Positions 13,519 through 24,685 of a stretch of DNA of 64,000 nt are shown piece by piece. Under the pieces are notes generated by a model. The model was not told the origin of the DNA, searched no databases, and saw nothing but the letters and a program-made list of their open reading frames with translations. This DNA comes from Diplonema japonicum. Taxonomy: Eukaryota > Protista > Euglenozoa: Diplonemea. Location of the stretch: contig OZ025723.1 of the NCBI GenBank assembly GCA_964019335.1, positions 402,626 through 466,625 of the forward strand, given 5' to 3'. The translations under genes and the position numbers were made by a program. The first letter of the stretch is position 1, and the number at the start of each line of letters is the position of its first letter.

Positions 13519-14139
13519 ATGGAAGAGTGCATCAAGGCACTGTATGATGAAAACAAGCTGTGGAATGCGGCGGCAGTAGACCGGTTGCTAAGAAAATGTC
13601 AAGAAGGACACATGAGAGAAGTACTAAAGGCAATCGATACAGGTGTAGTAGGGAGGGTAGTGGATCTGGCACAAGAGGGTGAGGAGCTTTGTTTTACATA
13701 CGTTGCATTCCTTGCGTATGTTGCTTGTGACAGTAGGTATAAAGCGTGGCTCTTGGAAGGAGACATGGGGGAGAAGGTGGCTAGCGTTTGTGTAGGCCTC
13801 ATAAAGGCCAACAACATGTTTATCACTTACGAGGTGATACGACTGTTCACAGCTCTATCCATCGGTACCCCCAGCACCCGTAGACTCTCTTTCCTCCTTG
13901 CTGACCAACAAGGGATCATCCCCTTGCTTATCACAGCAGCCACAAGCCCCCCAACATCCAAAGAGAGCGTGCGCCTACTCTCTGTTTTTGTTTACACACC
14001 AGAAGGCATCAAGGCCCTCAAGCCTTACACACAGCGGATCACCGACATGCTTCACACCATTCCACCTTCAAGTGCAGTCCTGGCCCCTCTCAAAGAGCTG
14101 CAGGATAATATGTTGGCTCTCCAGTTTAATTGTGAATAA
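13519..14139 (+). CDS. Hypothetical helical-repeat (ARM-like) protein
   Basis: ATG follows a CAG acceptor-like site; amphipathic helical pattern. Confidence 0.55.
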   Translation: MEECIKALYDENKLWNAAAVDRLLRKCQEGHMREVLKAIDTGVVGRVVDLAQEGEELCFTYVAFLAYVACDSRYKAWLLEGDMGEKVASVCVGLIKANNMFITYEVIRLFTALSIGTPSTRRLSFLLADQQGIIPLLITAATSPPTSKESVRLLSVFVYTPEGIKALKPYTQRITDMLHTIPPSSAVLAPLKELQDNMLALQFNCE

Positions 14140-14198
14140 AGTACTAGTAGTTGCGCAATGAATACTGCATGCATGTTAAACACAGGAAACAAAGAAAA

Positions 14199-15724
14199 AT
14201 GGATGAGGAAGGTTTGAAGCTGGCAACAGGGGTGATCAGCGATGTGTACCTGAAGAACTCGCGGAGTGCGCTGCAGCGTGTTGAGAGCACGGTGCACAGC
14301 TTGCTGGCGCAGAGAAAGATCCCAGAAGAGGGTCTCAGGGACGAGTTCATCGAGCATCTTTTGCATCACATAGCACTCATGGACAGCAACAACTACATGG
14401 GGAATGTTGGTGTAGGTGAGCGGGAGGGCAGGGTGCACTCCTCACTGGTGAAGCGCAGGCACTATGGAATGTCCCACGGCATCGGCAGGAGCGGCGACCT
14501 CACTGCAAACCAACCAAAAGCGGCTGGTTCCTCTCTCATCTACTCCCTCTGTAACATGCTTGTTGCAGACGCCCTCAGAATGGCAGGTGCCAAGCGCACC
14601 ACGAACGCCATTGTTGTCCCAATGGCCACGGGGATGGCGCTGACTCTTGTCCTCCAAAGCTTGCAGTCAAGGAAAGAGACGCCTTCCGGTGACGCGAAGG
14701 AGGGGGTGGTGAAGAAGCGCTGGATCATTTGGAGTAGAATTGATCAGAAGACGTGTCTGAAATGCATCTATACAGCAGGTTACGAGGCGAAGGTGGTGCC
14801 CTTAGTGCGCGAAGGAGACTTCTTCATCACCAACGTGAAGGGCATTGAGGAGGCCATTGAGGAGTGCGGTGCTGACAACGTGTGCTGCGTGCTGAGTACT
14901 ACGTCATGCTTTGCACCTAGGCTCCCAGATAAGATCTTGGACATCGCGAGGTTGTGCAAGAAGCACGGCATGGCACACGTTGTGAACAATGCGTACGGTG
15001 TACAGAGCACGAAGATCATGCGCCAGCTGGACGCTGCGATGGAGCACGGGCGGGTTGATGCGTACGTGCAGTCGGGTGACAAGAACTTCATGGTGCCTGT
15101 GGGTGGATCTGTTGTGGCGACCAACAACGCCGACTTCCTGAAGCGTGTGGGTGCTATTTATGCTGGGAGGGCCTCCTGCAGCTCTGTCCTCGACATCTTC
15201 ATCACACTTCTCTCCATGGGCCGATCGGGCTTCATGGGCCTTTTGAAGGAACGTACTGACACCCTTTCCTATTTTCATGAGGCTATGAAGTCCTTTGCGG
15301 ATAGCAAAGGAGAGCGTCTCGTTGCGTCACCTGCAAACGACATCTCGTTCTGCTTGACAATTAACAGTATCAAGGGAACGCCTGCCTTAGGATCCGCCCT
15401 CTTCAACCACTGCGTCTCTGGGCCTCGGGTCGTCCAAGTGGGTACAAAGTATGTAGCAAATGCGTTTTGTCACACTTCCACAGAAAAGAGATCTGCGGGC
15501 TGGCTTTCAACAACTACGGTTCTCACTCCGATGAGACTGATTACTCGTACCTTACCCTGGCTTGCGCCATAGGAATCAAGAGGTGTGTTGAATATTAAAA
15601 CCGGTATCCAAAACACACCCCGCACAGGGACGACATCGACACTTTCATGAAGCGCCTTGACAAAGAGTGGACCAAAATGGTAAAAAAAGAGAAGAAACAA
15701 GCGTCCAAGGATGTTCCCCAGTGA
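14199..15724 (+). CDS. SEPSECS: O-phosphoseryl-tRNA(Sec) selenium transferase (SepSecS)
   Basis: MDSNN..GVGEREGR, HGIGRSGDL...QPKAAGSS, RIDQKTC, HVVNNAYG, QSGDKNFMVPVGG (PLP Lys). Introns 15449-15483 and 15583-15627 restore the C-terminus (YGSH..YLTLACAIG..DIDTFMKRLD). Confidence 0.95.
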
Positions 15725-15864
15725 GGCTATGTTCAACAGTAGAAGCTTAGTGCTCGTGTCCGTGTTTACTGTCTCTATGCGTTGCACTGCCGATGCATGT
15801 CACGTGTGTACTGCAGGCTGTTATTGGGATCGCCTTACCTCAACCATCACACACATAGGACAAA

Positions 15865-17226
15865 ATGTTGGTTGTACTTAGCTTGGGGTTGGCCATGTTG
15901 AGCAACTTTGGAATACCACCAGTGCGGGATGAGGTCTTCAAGGCTGCGGGGGTTGATCTGGGGAAGCCGCTGTTCTCCTTCGGGCTGTTCAGCGACACGC
16001 AGTACGGGAACCTGAAGACCAGCGGGATGCGGCATTACAAGTTGTCGCTTGCAAAGATGAAGGAGATGTCTCAATATTTAGAGGAAAACGAAGAAGTAGA
16101 CTTCCTGATGCACCTAGGGGACCTCACGCAGGACAAAGGGACGGCCCACAGGGAGCTGACGCTGAGCCAGGTGAGCAAGAAAATACCGATGTACCATGTG
16201 CTTGGGAATCATGATTTTATGGGGGTGAAGTCCATGACAGAGGTTATGCAAGGATTCAAGATGACTTCGCGAAATTATGTAGTGGAGAGGGACGCCGTAA
16301 GGAAAGCAGGGTACAAGCTAATAGTCGTGGACGCGACTAGGATATCCACCTTTGCCAATGAAATGGGGAGCAGCGACTACAACAAGGCTGCCGATATGTC
16401 GGGTAAATTGAAGAAAATCGGCGAGGTGCACTACAAGAACCACAACGGGGGTGTAGGCACTGAGCAACTGAACTGGCTGGACGGCGAACTGGAAAAGGCA
16501 TGCAAGGAAGGGGAGAAGGTGATCCTTTTTGCCCACTCCCCGCTACTCACAGGCAGACGCAACAACGACATGCACACATGGGACAGGAACGAGGTGCTTG
16601 AAGTCGTGACTAAGCATAAGTGTGCCAAGATATGGATCAACGGCCATGTCCACGTGCACAGGCACGTAACGTACGCAGTCAACGACGATCACTTCGTCCA
16701 CCTTTGGACCACGTCTGGGATGGTCCAGACAAGCGGGAACTCGTTCGTTGTGGCAGATGTGTATCCTGAGATGCTGTTGGTAAGGGGAGTCTCGTGGGGA
16801 TGTTCATTTGCAAAGTTTTTTAACTTCTCAGCGCCGCTCTCAATGCAGCGGTACGATTACAACTTCAGCTCGCACTACCTGAGCATGGCACACCTGGCCA
16901 CCACTAAGGACCGCAATGCAAAGATCGATGCTTTATACCCAACTGGTGTCACGCCGCCCCCTGTCAAAGCCTTCACCTTCTCACCGTCCGGAAAGATCAT
17001 CACAGTTGCGGGCACCTCCACCGATGCAGTTCCTGTTGTCTCGTCGCCGCCCGTCGTGCTTCTCAAATCCCCTTCGCCCACCACGAGAGACCCCGTGACG
17101 GACTCGCCTGACACGATGGCATCGCTCATGATACACTTCCTCGCTGTGGGAACGATCGTGGTCCCCATCCTCTGCACGCTCATCGTGATTTACAGAAAGA
17201 AGAAATGGTACACACGACTGAAGTAG
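15865..17226 (+). CDS. Metallophosphoesterase, ADP-ribose/CDP-alcohol diphosphatase (ADPRM)-like, membrane-anchored
   Basis: FSFGLFSDTQY, HLGDL, HVLGNHDF, NGGVGTEQLNWL, FAHSP, NGHVH motifs; N-terminal hydrophobic segment and C-terminal TM followed by RKKK. Confidence 0.8.
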   Translation: MLVVLSLGLAMLSNFGIPPVRDEVFKAAGVDLGKPLFSFGLFSDTQYGNLKTSGMRHYKLSLAKMKEMSQYLEENEEVDFLMHLGDLTQDKGTAHRELTLSQVSKKIPMYHVLGNHDFMGVKSMTEVMQGFKMTSRNYVVERDAVRKAGYKLIVVDATRISTFANEMGSSDYNKAADMSGKLKKIGEVHYKNHNGGVGTEQLNWLDGELEKACKEGEKVILFAHSPLLTGRRNNDMHTWDRNEVLEVVTKHKCAKIWINGHVHVHRHVTYAVNDDHFVHLWTTSGMVQTSGNSFVVADVYPEMLLVRGVSWGCSFAKFFNFSAPLSMQRYDYNFSSHYLSMAHLATTKDRNAKIDALYPTGVTPPPVKAFTFSPSGKIITVAGTSTDAVPVVSSPPVVLLKSPSPTTRDPVTDSPDTMASLMIHFLAVGTIVVPILCTLIVIYRKKKWYTRLK

Positions 17227-17502
17227 TCATGATTGCGGTGTTCGTTTGGCGCTCGTCTTGCAGTGGTACGGCTCCGTGAAGGAAGCAGGTGCTCGGCGTG
17301 CAGCTGTCTCTTATGACGGACAAGCCCCGCTGCACAATCTTAACTTAATGTTTTTTTTTATTGAGAAGAAGTGAGAAGAAATGCTTTAAATTCTTTTTTC
17401 CTTCTCGTAGCCGGGATTATTGCGCGTTGGATTTTTTTCAAAAGGAAAAGAACAAAAAAAAAAAAAAAAAGAAACCATCCCCAGACATACAGCACAGATA
17501 AG

Positions 17503-17847
17503 ATGCAAGGGCTTCCTGATGGTATTGGGGCAAGGGAGGTGGAGATGATTCAGACTAGCCAGTTTTTCACGCAGCTGTACGCGGTGAGGCACTCAAAACA
17601 CACGGCCCTGGAGGCGTGCTTCGATAAATGCATGGACCCTGAAGATCTGAGAACGGCACACAGGAGGGATCTGGACGAGAGGAAGAGGAACACAGAGTAC
17701 GCTAAGGAAAAAACGTGTGTCAAAATGTGCCATCAAAAATACCAAAAAGCCTTCTCCATGGCAGTGGACGGCTACCGGACATCAGAACTGCAGCAGCAGC
17801 TGATGGAACAAATGGGAGCGGGACCTATTCAGCTGCAACAAGCCTGA
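17503..17847 (+). CDS. Small Tim (Tim9/10-like twin CX3C) protein
   Basis: ACFDKCM ... EKTCVKMCHQKY twin CX3C motif. Confidence 0.7.
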   Translation: MQGLPDGIGAREVEMIQTSQFFTQLYAVRHSKHTALEACFDKCMDPEDLRTAHRRDLDERKRNTEYAKEKTCVKMCHQKYQKAFSMAVDGYRTSELQQQLMEQMGAGPIQLQQA

Positions 17848-18011
17848 GATGCTTGATAATTCCTTTAAATTCATCATATACCCTTTTTTTTTTTTTTTTT
17901 TTTTCCTCTGTTTTTTTTTTTTTCGTTTTCTTGAGTTCCTTTCCCCCCCTCTCCCTTCATTTCTTGCTTCCCCCTCCCTCCTCCCTCTTCGGAGTGTCAC
18001 ACCTATCAGGC

Positions 18012-18785
18012 ATGGCGTTGAGGGCGACAAGATGTGTGTTGTCGGTGAAGGTAGTGGCGGATGACATGATAAGAGTGTGGAGGAGCTATGGGCACAGGGT
18101 TGGAGAGGTGCACGCACAGTTGGATAATGTCCACTGGTCCGTGAACGATCAGATGCTGAGGGATTACTTGGAAAGGTTCGCAATGGTGAGGGAGGTTAAG
18201 GTGGCGAAGTACAAGGAGACGCGACGGAACGTTCTGGACCAGGAGCGCAAGTGGGGCAAGTCGCTGTGCCACGCTTATGTGGTGTTCAACAACAATCAGG
18301 AGGCAGCGTTAGCAAGGCTGTTCAAGACACGACATGTGCTGAATGGGAAGGAGCTGCTCATCACCACTAGCGATAAGCAGCCCGAGTTCAACTTCTACAT
18401 CCCCCACACGCACGAGTCAGACTCGGAGGGCATGGACCCCTCTGTTGTCTACAAAATGTCCAATCAAATCGTCAACCTCAACCTTGCTGTCTCTGGCAAG
18501 TTCTTCCACCCCAAGCTGGCTGCTGTCCAGCGAGTCAAGGACCAAGCCAAGAGGAGCAACCCCGACCCCCAACCTGCTTCCCACGAACAACCGTGGTACT
18601 ACGGAATGGGCGAAGAGAAGTGGAGTGATGAGGGTGAGCAAGCTGATGCAGAACCTGTCACCAGACCACAACCCGCAACCAGCTCCGTCTCCAGGTTCAT
18701 CGACGTCGCCTCAGAGGAGCCGCTTAAATCAGACAGAGTCACGACAGAAGATACGCGGGTGTCGAAGCACAGGACGCTGTATTAG
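18012..18785 (+). CDS. RRM RNA-binding protein, probably mitochondrial
   Basis: LDNVHWSVNDQMLRDYLERF..V and SLCHAYVVF (RNP1-like); Arg-rich MALRATRCVL presequence. Confidence 0.7.
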   Translation: MALRATRCVLSVKVVADDMIRVWRSYGHRVGEVHAQLDNVHWSVNDQMLRDYLERFAMVREVKVAKYKETRRNVLDQERKWGKSLCHAYVVFNNNQEAALARLFKTRHVLNGKELLITTSDKQPEFNFYIPHTHESDSEGMDPSVVYKMSNQIVNLNLAVSGKFFHPKLAAVQRVKDQAKRSNPDPQPASHEQPWYYGMGEEKWSDEGEQADAEPVTRPQPATSSVSRFIDVASEEPLKSDRVTTEDTRVSKHRTLY

Positions 18786-18883
18786 GAAAGGGTGTTATAA
18801 TTTTCTTTTCTTGGAAGTTTAAAGCATCGAATTTAAATAAATAATTTATAATTAAAAAAAAAAAGATTACATCTACACGTTAA

Positions 18884-19339
18884 ATGCAAGGCAGGATTGC
18901 GATTGAGACAACGAGGCTGCAGAGGGAAAAAATCCCGGGGATAGAAGCTGTGCCAGTGGCGGACAACGAAAGGTATTTCATGATCAACATGCAAGGGCCG
19001 AAGGGGTCACCATATGAAGCAGGGATGTTTAGGCTGGAAATGTTCCTGCCTGTGGAGTACCCCATGGTGCCACCTAAGGCGAGATTTGTCACCCCAATTT
19101 ACCACCCAAACATCGACAAGCTGGGCAGGATATGCTTGGACACATTGCGTGACAGGTGGTCCCCTGCACTGCAGGTCCGCACTTTGCTTCTTACCATCCA
19201 GGCACTTCTCTCTGCTCCGAACCCTGAGGATCCCCTCAACTCGAATGCTGCAGAACTTTGGCTTTCTGATGAACCCAAGGCACTTGTTACAGCACGACAG
19301 CACACCCTCGCTCATGCCGTTTCCTGGCAAGACGGTTAA
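18884..19339 (+). CDS. UBC13: Ubiquitin-conjugating enzyme E2, Ubc13/UBE2N-like
   Basis: [60 protein letters not shown], with catalytic Cys. Confidence 0.9.
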   Translation: MQGRIAIETTRLQREKIPGIEAVPVADNERYFMINMQGPKGSPYEAGMFRLEMFLPVEYPMVPPKARFVTPIYHPNIDKLGRICLDTLRDRWSPALQVRTLLLTIQALLSAPNPEDPLNSNAAELWLSDEPKALVTARQHTLAHAVSWQDG

Positions 19340-19787
19340 GTCCTCCGATTCGGGGTCAGGGGTTCGGGGAAAAAAAGAAAAAGAAAGAAAAAGAAAATAA
19401 AAAAAAAGGTTTCCTTTTTTATTGTTGTCTGGTAATATGGTTCCGCTAGTCTGCTAACTTAGTTCCTCTCTTCCAGCAACAACGGGACCCAGCCACGTTT
19501 TTTTTTTACAAAGAAGAACATGTTTTGTGGCTGGCATTTCTTTACTTTAAACATGCAAAATCGTTTTTTCCCGCAAGCTAAGAAAAAGAAAAAAGAAAAG
19601 AAAAATTAGCGCTGGAAAGAAAAAAAGATAAACACAAATTCAACAAAAAGAAAAAAGCAAAATAAAATAGGGCGAATGCCTTTTTCATTATTTTCCCCCA
19701 GTTCCATCTAGCTCCTTTTCTTTTCCCATGTTTTTCGTGGACTCCTCCCTTCCCCTCTCTTTTGTTTCCCATCAATAGCAAGGTGCA

Positions 19788-21014
19788 ATGTCTGGTATGC
19801 GACAAGTGATGACGCAGTTGAAGACTGACTCGAGGAGTGCAAAGTTGATGAAAGAAAAGTTTGCTTACGTACAGGGAATGAAGAATGTACAAGTGCCGAA
19901 GGCACTCAGTATAAAATCAGGAGTGATCCGAGCAATGCAGGAGCTTAAAGATCAGCAATACCCTGTAGGCCCGAGAACATATGGGGCCGCCATATCAATC
20001 GTAGGCAAGGTGGGGTTGCTAGACACCGCGGAGCAGCTGTGGAAGGAAACGGAAATGATTCGAAAGAAGAACAAAGACCCCATCAGCAGCTCGCTGCACA
20101 ACGCGATGCTGTACACAAGATTGCGGAAGGTCTCCAATCGGCCGCTGGCTACACGCATCATCAAAGGCATCTTTCGCGACATGCGGACCTCACGGATATA
20201 CCGCGACAGGTACACCTACAACACTGCTTTGAAAGGTCTTGCACAATGCAAGGCCCACGCAGCCTGCAGAGACATCATTCAGCAAATGTGCAAGGAGAAG
20301 ATCTCTCCTGACACTGTGACCTACAACACGCTGATCACTTCCTGCACTACAGATGAGAGCATCCAGAAGGTAGCCGACGAGATGAAACACTCCGGCGTGA
20401 CACCCAACACCAGCAGCTACACATCCATGATTAGCGTGATGGTGGCGCTTGGTAAAATGGAGGAAGCTGCAAAATGGTTCATCAAAGCTACCCGAGACGG
20501 GATGACAGGTGCTGGTCAGGCCAGGACCCTAGCGCTTGGGTGGGAAAAACAAAGTAACGGCCACGAAATTCTGAAGCTGATCCAGTTCTTAAAAGACAAC
20601 AAACAGCATGTCGGCAGTGAGATGTACCACTGTGCCATGTTGGCCTTCCATGACACATCCTTCAAAAAGGTTGCTGCTGTGTACCAAGCGATGGTCCATG
20701 ACGACGTGATGCGGTGCTGCAGGACGTACTCCATCTTCATCGACGCCATCTGCAAGAAGCTGTCCCGCCTGCCCCCCAACCACCCCAGCACTGGCGACTA
20801 CGTTAAAGCGGCAAAGCTTGCACTTACTAGTGCTCTACAAAACCCCCTGTGCACTAATAAGCCTTTCATATCCATGGCAAGGGTGTACCACGCTGCAGGT
20901 GACGCAGATGCCATAGTGAGCTTGTGCAACAAGTACGATACCGTCAAGAGCTTTCCTGTGTCAGAAGAGATGTTGGAGCTGCGTCGCTCGTGCGTCAAGA
21001 AGAAGGCGAACTAA
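19788..21014 (+). CDS. Pentatricopeptide repeat (PPR) protein
   Basis: 35-aa repeats: RDRYTYNTALKGL, SPDTVTYNTLITSC, TPNTSSYTSMISV. Confidence 0.85.
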   Translation: MSGMRQVMTQLKTDSRSAKLMKEKFAYVQGMKNVQVPKALSIKSGVIRAMQELKDQQYPVGPRTYGAAISIVGKVGLLDTAEQLWKETEMIRKKNKDPISSSLHNAMLYTRLRKVSNRPLATRIIKGIFRDMRTSRIYRDRYTYNTALKGLAQCKAHAACRDIIQQMCKEKISPDTVTYNTLITSCTTDESIQKVADEMKHSGVTPNTSSYTSMISVMVALGKMEEAAKWFIKATRDGMTGAGQARTLALGWEKQSNGHEILKLIQFLKDNKQHVGSEMYHCAMLAFHDTSFKKVAAVYQAMVHDDVMRCCRTYSIFIDAICKKLSRLPPNHPSTGDYVKAAKLALTSALQNPLCTNKPFISMARVYHAAGDADAIVSLCNKYDTVKSFPVSEEMLELRRSCVKKKAN

Positions 21015-21071
21015 ATATATTTTTTGATCTGTCATCCTACGACAAGCCCTTCTAGGTAATCACAGCATGCA

Positions 21072-23597
21072 ATGGTAGCTAAGGAACTTGGATTTCGAAG
21101 AGCCATGGGGAAGTACAAGGAGTTCGAGCTCCCTGTGCTTTCCCCTGCGCCTCCTGAGACGCCTAATAAGAAGCCGATGATGCGGAAAAGCTGCAGTGTG
21201 CGGTCGAAGCAGTACATGCAGTACGAAGCAAAGAAGGGAGGGAGCGTTACGCACGAGAACAATTGGGCGTCTGTAGTCGAGGAAGCCACATCGCCTAAGT
21301 GCGACAAAAGATTTCTAAACAAGATCATGTTGAAGCCCGCGCTGCTGGACTACGAGCCTAGCGGAGACGAGACATACTGCAGACTAGGTGTCATGAAAGG
21401 GCAGGCCGTCAGCGACAGCGACAGCAGCGAGGACCCGATAAAGGTTGTGATGCGATCACTGCACATTGAAGAGAGCAGCGACTCATCTGTCACCTCGTCA
21501 TGTCTGTCATCGTCGTTCGCTTCTGAAAAGGTTGCAAAGCTGAGCGAGCTGTACTGCGATCACCAGCTGCTGAGCACCACAGCAGGGAATTACGCCAAGC
21601 TTGTCTCAATGTTTGCAGGTGACACAATCAAGGATGAGTGGTGCGAGGGCAGCGCGAACGAGGAAAGCCCCAACGAGGACACAGCGACACAGGAAGACTC
21701 CATGACCGACAGCTGGAGCCTCGTGAAGCCACCTCAATGGAACGCAACTCCGAGTTACTGCCACAGTGCACCCCGGAAGTCCCAGGCAAACTATGAAAGA
21801 AGTTCCCGCGTGTCCTGGAGTCCTGACCTCGGTGTCCCGTGTATGTCAACGACTTTGTTCACAGTGGTAGCGGACCTCGGCACCACGGGCATAGCGGAGG
21901 TATCAGAAGAACCGGAAGCAGTGGGCGGATATGGGCAGCTGCAGATAAAGAGAGCGATGAAGCATGCTGAAGGGGTCACAGAGACCGACGAATTGCGCAA
22001 AAGTGTTTCATCTGTAATGATCAGGCAGGCAAATGAAAGTGCAATGGAAGAGATTATGAATATGCAAAGCCAAAGAGAGCAGCAGCTTGAGCACCTAGAA
22101 ACGGCAAGGGTGGCGGTGACAGGCAGCACTGCGGATGAGAACGTGAGTAGCGTGTGCACCCTCTTAGGAAGCAGTCGGGCCGCAAAGCTGCGCACCCCGT
22201 CCCCTAATGACAAAGCAACAAATTTGATTCAAAACAAATGGGAGGGGAAGCCGAGGCGCGGACGCTTGGGAGGCAAAGTAAAAACTAACAGCGGAAGTGA
22301 GCCAACAAGCAAGAAGACTAGCCTTGCTACTGCAGTAGCAGTAAAGAGAACTGTTCAAATTTTGAGAAGAAGTAGATCTAGCAAGGGAAGAAGCTCCGAC
22401 GATATGGAGGAAAAGATCACACAGAATATGAGGAAATTAACAGATAAGCCTGGGGAACTGACGGCATGTGCAAGGTGCAAACAGCAAGCCAAAATCGTTA
22501 GAAATCTAGAAACGGGACTCAAAGAAATGTTCAACTTTAAGAAAGATTCAGCGAGAAAGCTCATGCTGCTGGAGCAACAGTACAGAAAGGTAACTGAGGA
22601 CGTTTGCAACCAGCGTGCTGCGTTGGCACAGGCACGGGAGTCCCATAAGAGCTTCATGAACGAAGTCAAGAATGAAAAGAAAGAACTGCAAAAAGCGCTA
22701 AAGAGCGAGCGGGAGACTATCAAAGAGCTGAACGAGAAGCTAGAGGAGAGGGGTTTTGAGAACGATGTGCTGCTTGAAGAGATTGTAAAACTGACAAAAG
22801 AGTCACAGGGCAGGAGGGCAGTAGGAGATATGAAGGATCTGAGATCGCTGTCCCAGAAGATCTTGCAGCAGGAGAGAAAGTACGCAAAGCTGAAAACCAG
22901 GACAACAGCACATACACTGGTGATGCAGCGATGCGAGGAACTATTGATGCTGTCTAATGCAGAAGAAGGACACCGCAACCCTCCTTTAGACATAGAAATG
23001 GTGGTTGACAAGTTCTTCCTTACCATGGGGGAGAAGATAAGGGATAAGAAGTCGTCCGATGAACATGTGTTGCTAAAGCGAGACGTGACGGGCTTTTTTC
23101 GAGACGGCTTAAAGCATGTGCTTCACTGCACAGATGCTTCGCAGCGGACAGCACATGAGCTCGTGCAGCACTTCACTACGATGTGCAGCGCCGTCTTCTC
23201 GGTGGTCGGTCCGCTCGTGACCTCTTGCAACGCGGTGACGTCACACTTCTACAAACTGCACAAAGCCTTTCAGAACCTTATTTGGCGGGCCACAGGCATC
23301 ACCGCTAAGCAGGTCCAGACAGACGACACAGCTGCCATCCTTGCCGCCGACCTTATCGCCGTTGCCACCATCACTATCCAACCGCCGCCTGCCAAAGCCA
23401 AGCTAATCACAAACGTCAGAAAGCTACGGCAATCTAAAAATTCTTTGAAAGGAACAGAAAAAGTGGCAAGAAAGAGCTCCGAAAACACAAGCACCGTCCT
23501 CATGACATCTTCACTCGAGGAAGAAGAGAAGAAGTCAAATCCGTACGTTGACAAACTCCTGAGCAGAATTAGAAACAAAAACGGAAACAAACCCTAG
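21072..23597 (+). CDS. Hypothetical coiled-coil protein
   Basis: 841-aa ORF, Ser-rich N-terminus, central heptad E/K/L-rich region. Confidence 0.65.
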   Translation: MVAKELGFRRAMGKYKEFELPVLSPAPPETPNKKPMMRKSCSVRSKQYMQYEAKKGGSVTHENNWASVVEEATSPKCDKRFLNKIMLKPALLDYEPSGDETYCRLGVMKGQAVSDSDSSEDPIKVVMRSLHIEESSDSSVTSSCLSSSFASEKVAKLSELYCDHQLLSTTAGNYAKLVSMFAGDTIKDEWCEGSANEESPNEDTATQEDSMTDSWSLVKPPQWNATPSYCHSAPRKSQANYERSSRVSWSPDLGVPCMSTTLFTVVADLGTTGIAEVSEEPEAVGGYGQLQIKRAMKHAEGVTETDELRKSVSSVMIRQANESAMEEIMNMQSQREQQLEHLETARVAVTGSTADENVSSVCTLLGSSRAAKLRTPSPNDKATNLIQNKWEGKPRRGRLGGKVKTNSGSEPTSKKTSLATAVAVKRTVQILRRSRSSKGRSSDDMEEKITQNMRKLTDKPGELTACARCKQQAKIVRNLETGLKEMFNFKKDSARKLMLLEQQYRKVTEDVCNQRAALAQARESHKSFMNEVKNEKKELQKALKSERETIKELNEKLEERGFENDVLLEEIVKLTKESQGRRAVGDMKDLRSLSQKILQQERKYAKLKTRTTAHTLVMQRCEELLMLSNAEEGHRNPPLDIEMVVDKFFLTMGEKIRDKKSSDEHVLLKRDVTGFFRDGLKHVLHCTDASQRTAHELVQHFTTMCSAVFSVVGPLVTSCNAVTSHFYKLHKAFQNLIWRATGITAKQVQTDDTAAILAADLIAVATITIQPPPAKAKLITNVRKLRQSKNSLKGTEKVARKSSENTSTVLMTSSLEEEEKKSNPYVDKLLSRIRNKNGNKP

Positions 23598-23711
23598 AAT
23601 GAAGAGAAGAAAAAGAAAATGCCAATTCTTTTAACAAAGATGTTTAGGGCAGTTACTCATTTTCCCCCTCTGTCCCCCATCTTTGAAGGCACGCAGAGTT
23701 GTTATCGATAG

Positions 23712-24389
23712 ATGAGACTGTTGAGTCCTGCGCGTGATGCGTCAAAAAAGACGGTGGTGTTGGACATGGACGAAACACTGCTGCACTCAGTGAAGGTGGC
23801 TGACAGGAGCAAGGGTGACATAATTCGGAGAAAGAGGATTGGTGACATGATAGAAGTTGTATGGCCGGATGGGTTTGCTCTGAATGTGTATTTGAGGCCT
23901 GGAGTTGATGAGCTACTGCGAGAGCTGTCGAGCTTGTTTGAGGTTGTGCTATGGACTGCTGGCACAGCCCCGTACGCACAAGAAATCGTGAATGTGTTGG
24001 ACTCCGAGGGGACCATCTTCAGCTCGGTTATCGCAAGGGACAGGAGGTGGTTCAAGCCTGCGAGCGACGGGTTTGGGTACGCCAAGGACCTCAAAGCATT
24101 GGGGCGTCCGATGGACAAAATACTCATAGTCGAAAACAACCTGTCTGTCTGCAGGTACAACTACTCCCGCACCATTCTGGTACCCGATTGGGACACATCG
24201 TCCTTCTCCAAGAAAGACCAAGACACCTCCCTCTCCACAGTCCTACAGGCACTCAAGGAATGGTCAGACAGCGACACTTCCGCGTCAGAATTCCTCGAAT
24301 CGTGCAACGTCCTCCACCGTCACAACGCACCTGACAAGAGGTCCTTCTTCCACGCCACGTTCCCTTACAAGACTGTGAGCAAGCTGTGA
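23712..24389 (+). CDS. NIF/FCP1-SCP family HAD phosphatase
   Basis: TVVLDMDETLLHS (DxDxT), RPGVDELL, WTAG..YA, YAKDLKALGR. Confidence 0.9.
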   Translation: MRLLSPARDASKKTVVLDMDETLLHSVKVADRSKGDIIRRKRIGDMIEVVWPDGFALNVYLRPGVDELLRELSSLFEVVLWTAGTAPYAQEIVNVLDSEGTIFSSVIARDRRWFKPASDGFGYAKDLKALGRPMDKILIVENNLSVCRYNYSRTILVPDWDTSSFSKKDQDTSLSTVLQALKEWSDSDTSASEFLESCNVLHRHNAPDKRSFFHATFPYKTVSKL

Positions 24390-24486
24390 TTTTCTTTTTT
24401 GCGGCCTTTAATTGTGTAGTAACAAATCTGATTTTTTTTTTTCCTCGTTCCATTTCTTCGGGTTGGTCCCTTTCTTAGTTGAAATA

Positions 24487-24518
<32 letters not shown>

Positions 24519-24685
24519 GGAAAAAAGAAAGAATACAGAGGAAAGCATCGATATTTTCCATCTACCTTTTTATGTTCATCACTCTAGGGTCCGCACAAGA
24601 GATCCTGTGGCATGATCACGTTGTTTCTCAATATTACTAGTTGGCGTGGTGCTTTTTCTTGTAGGTGTACTGCTCAGGTACAAAT

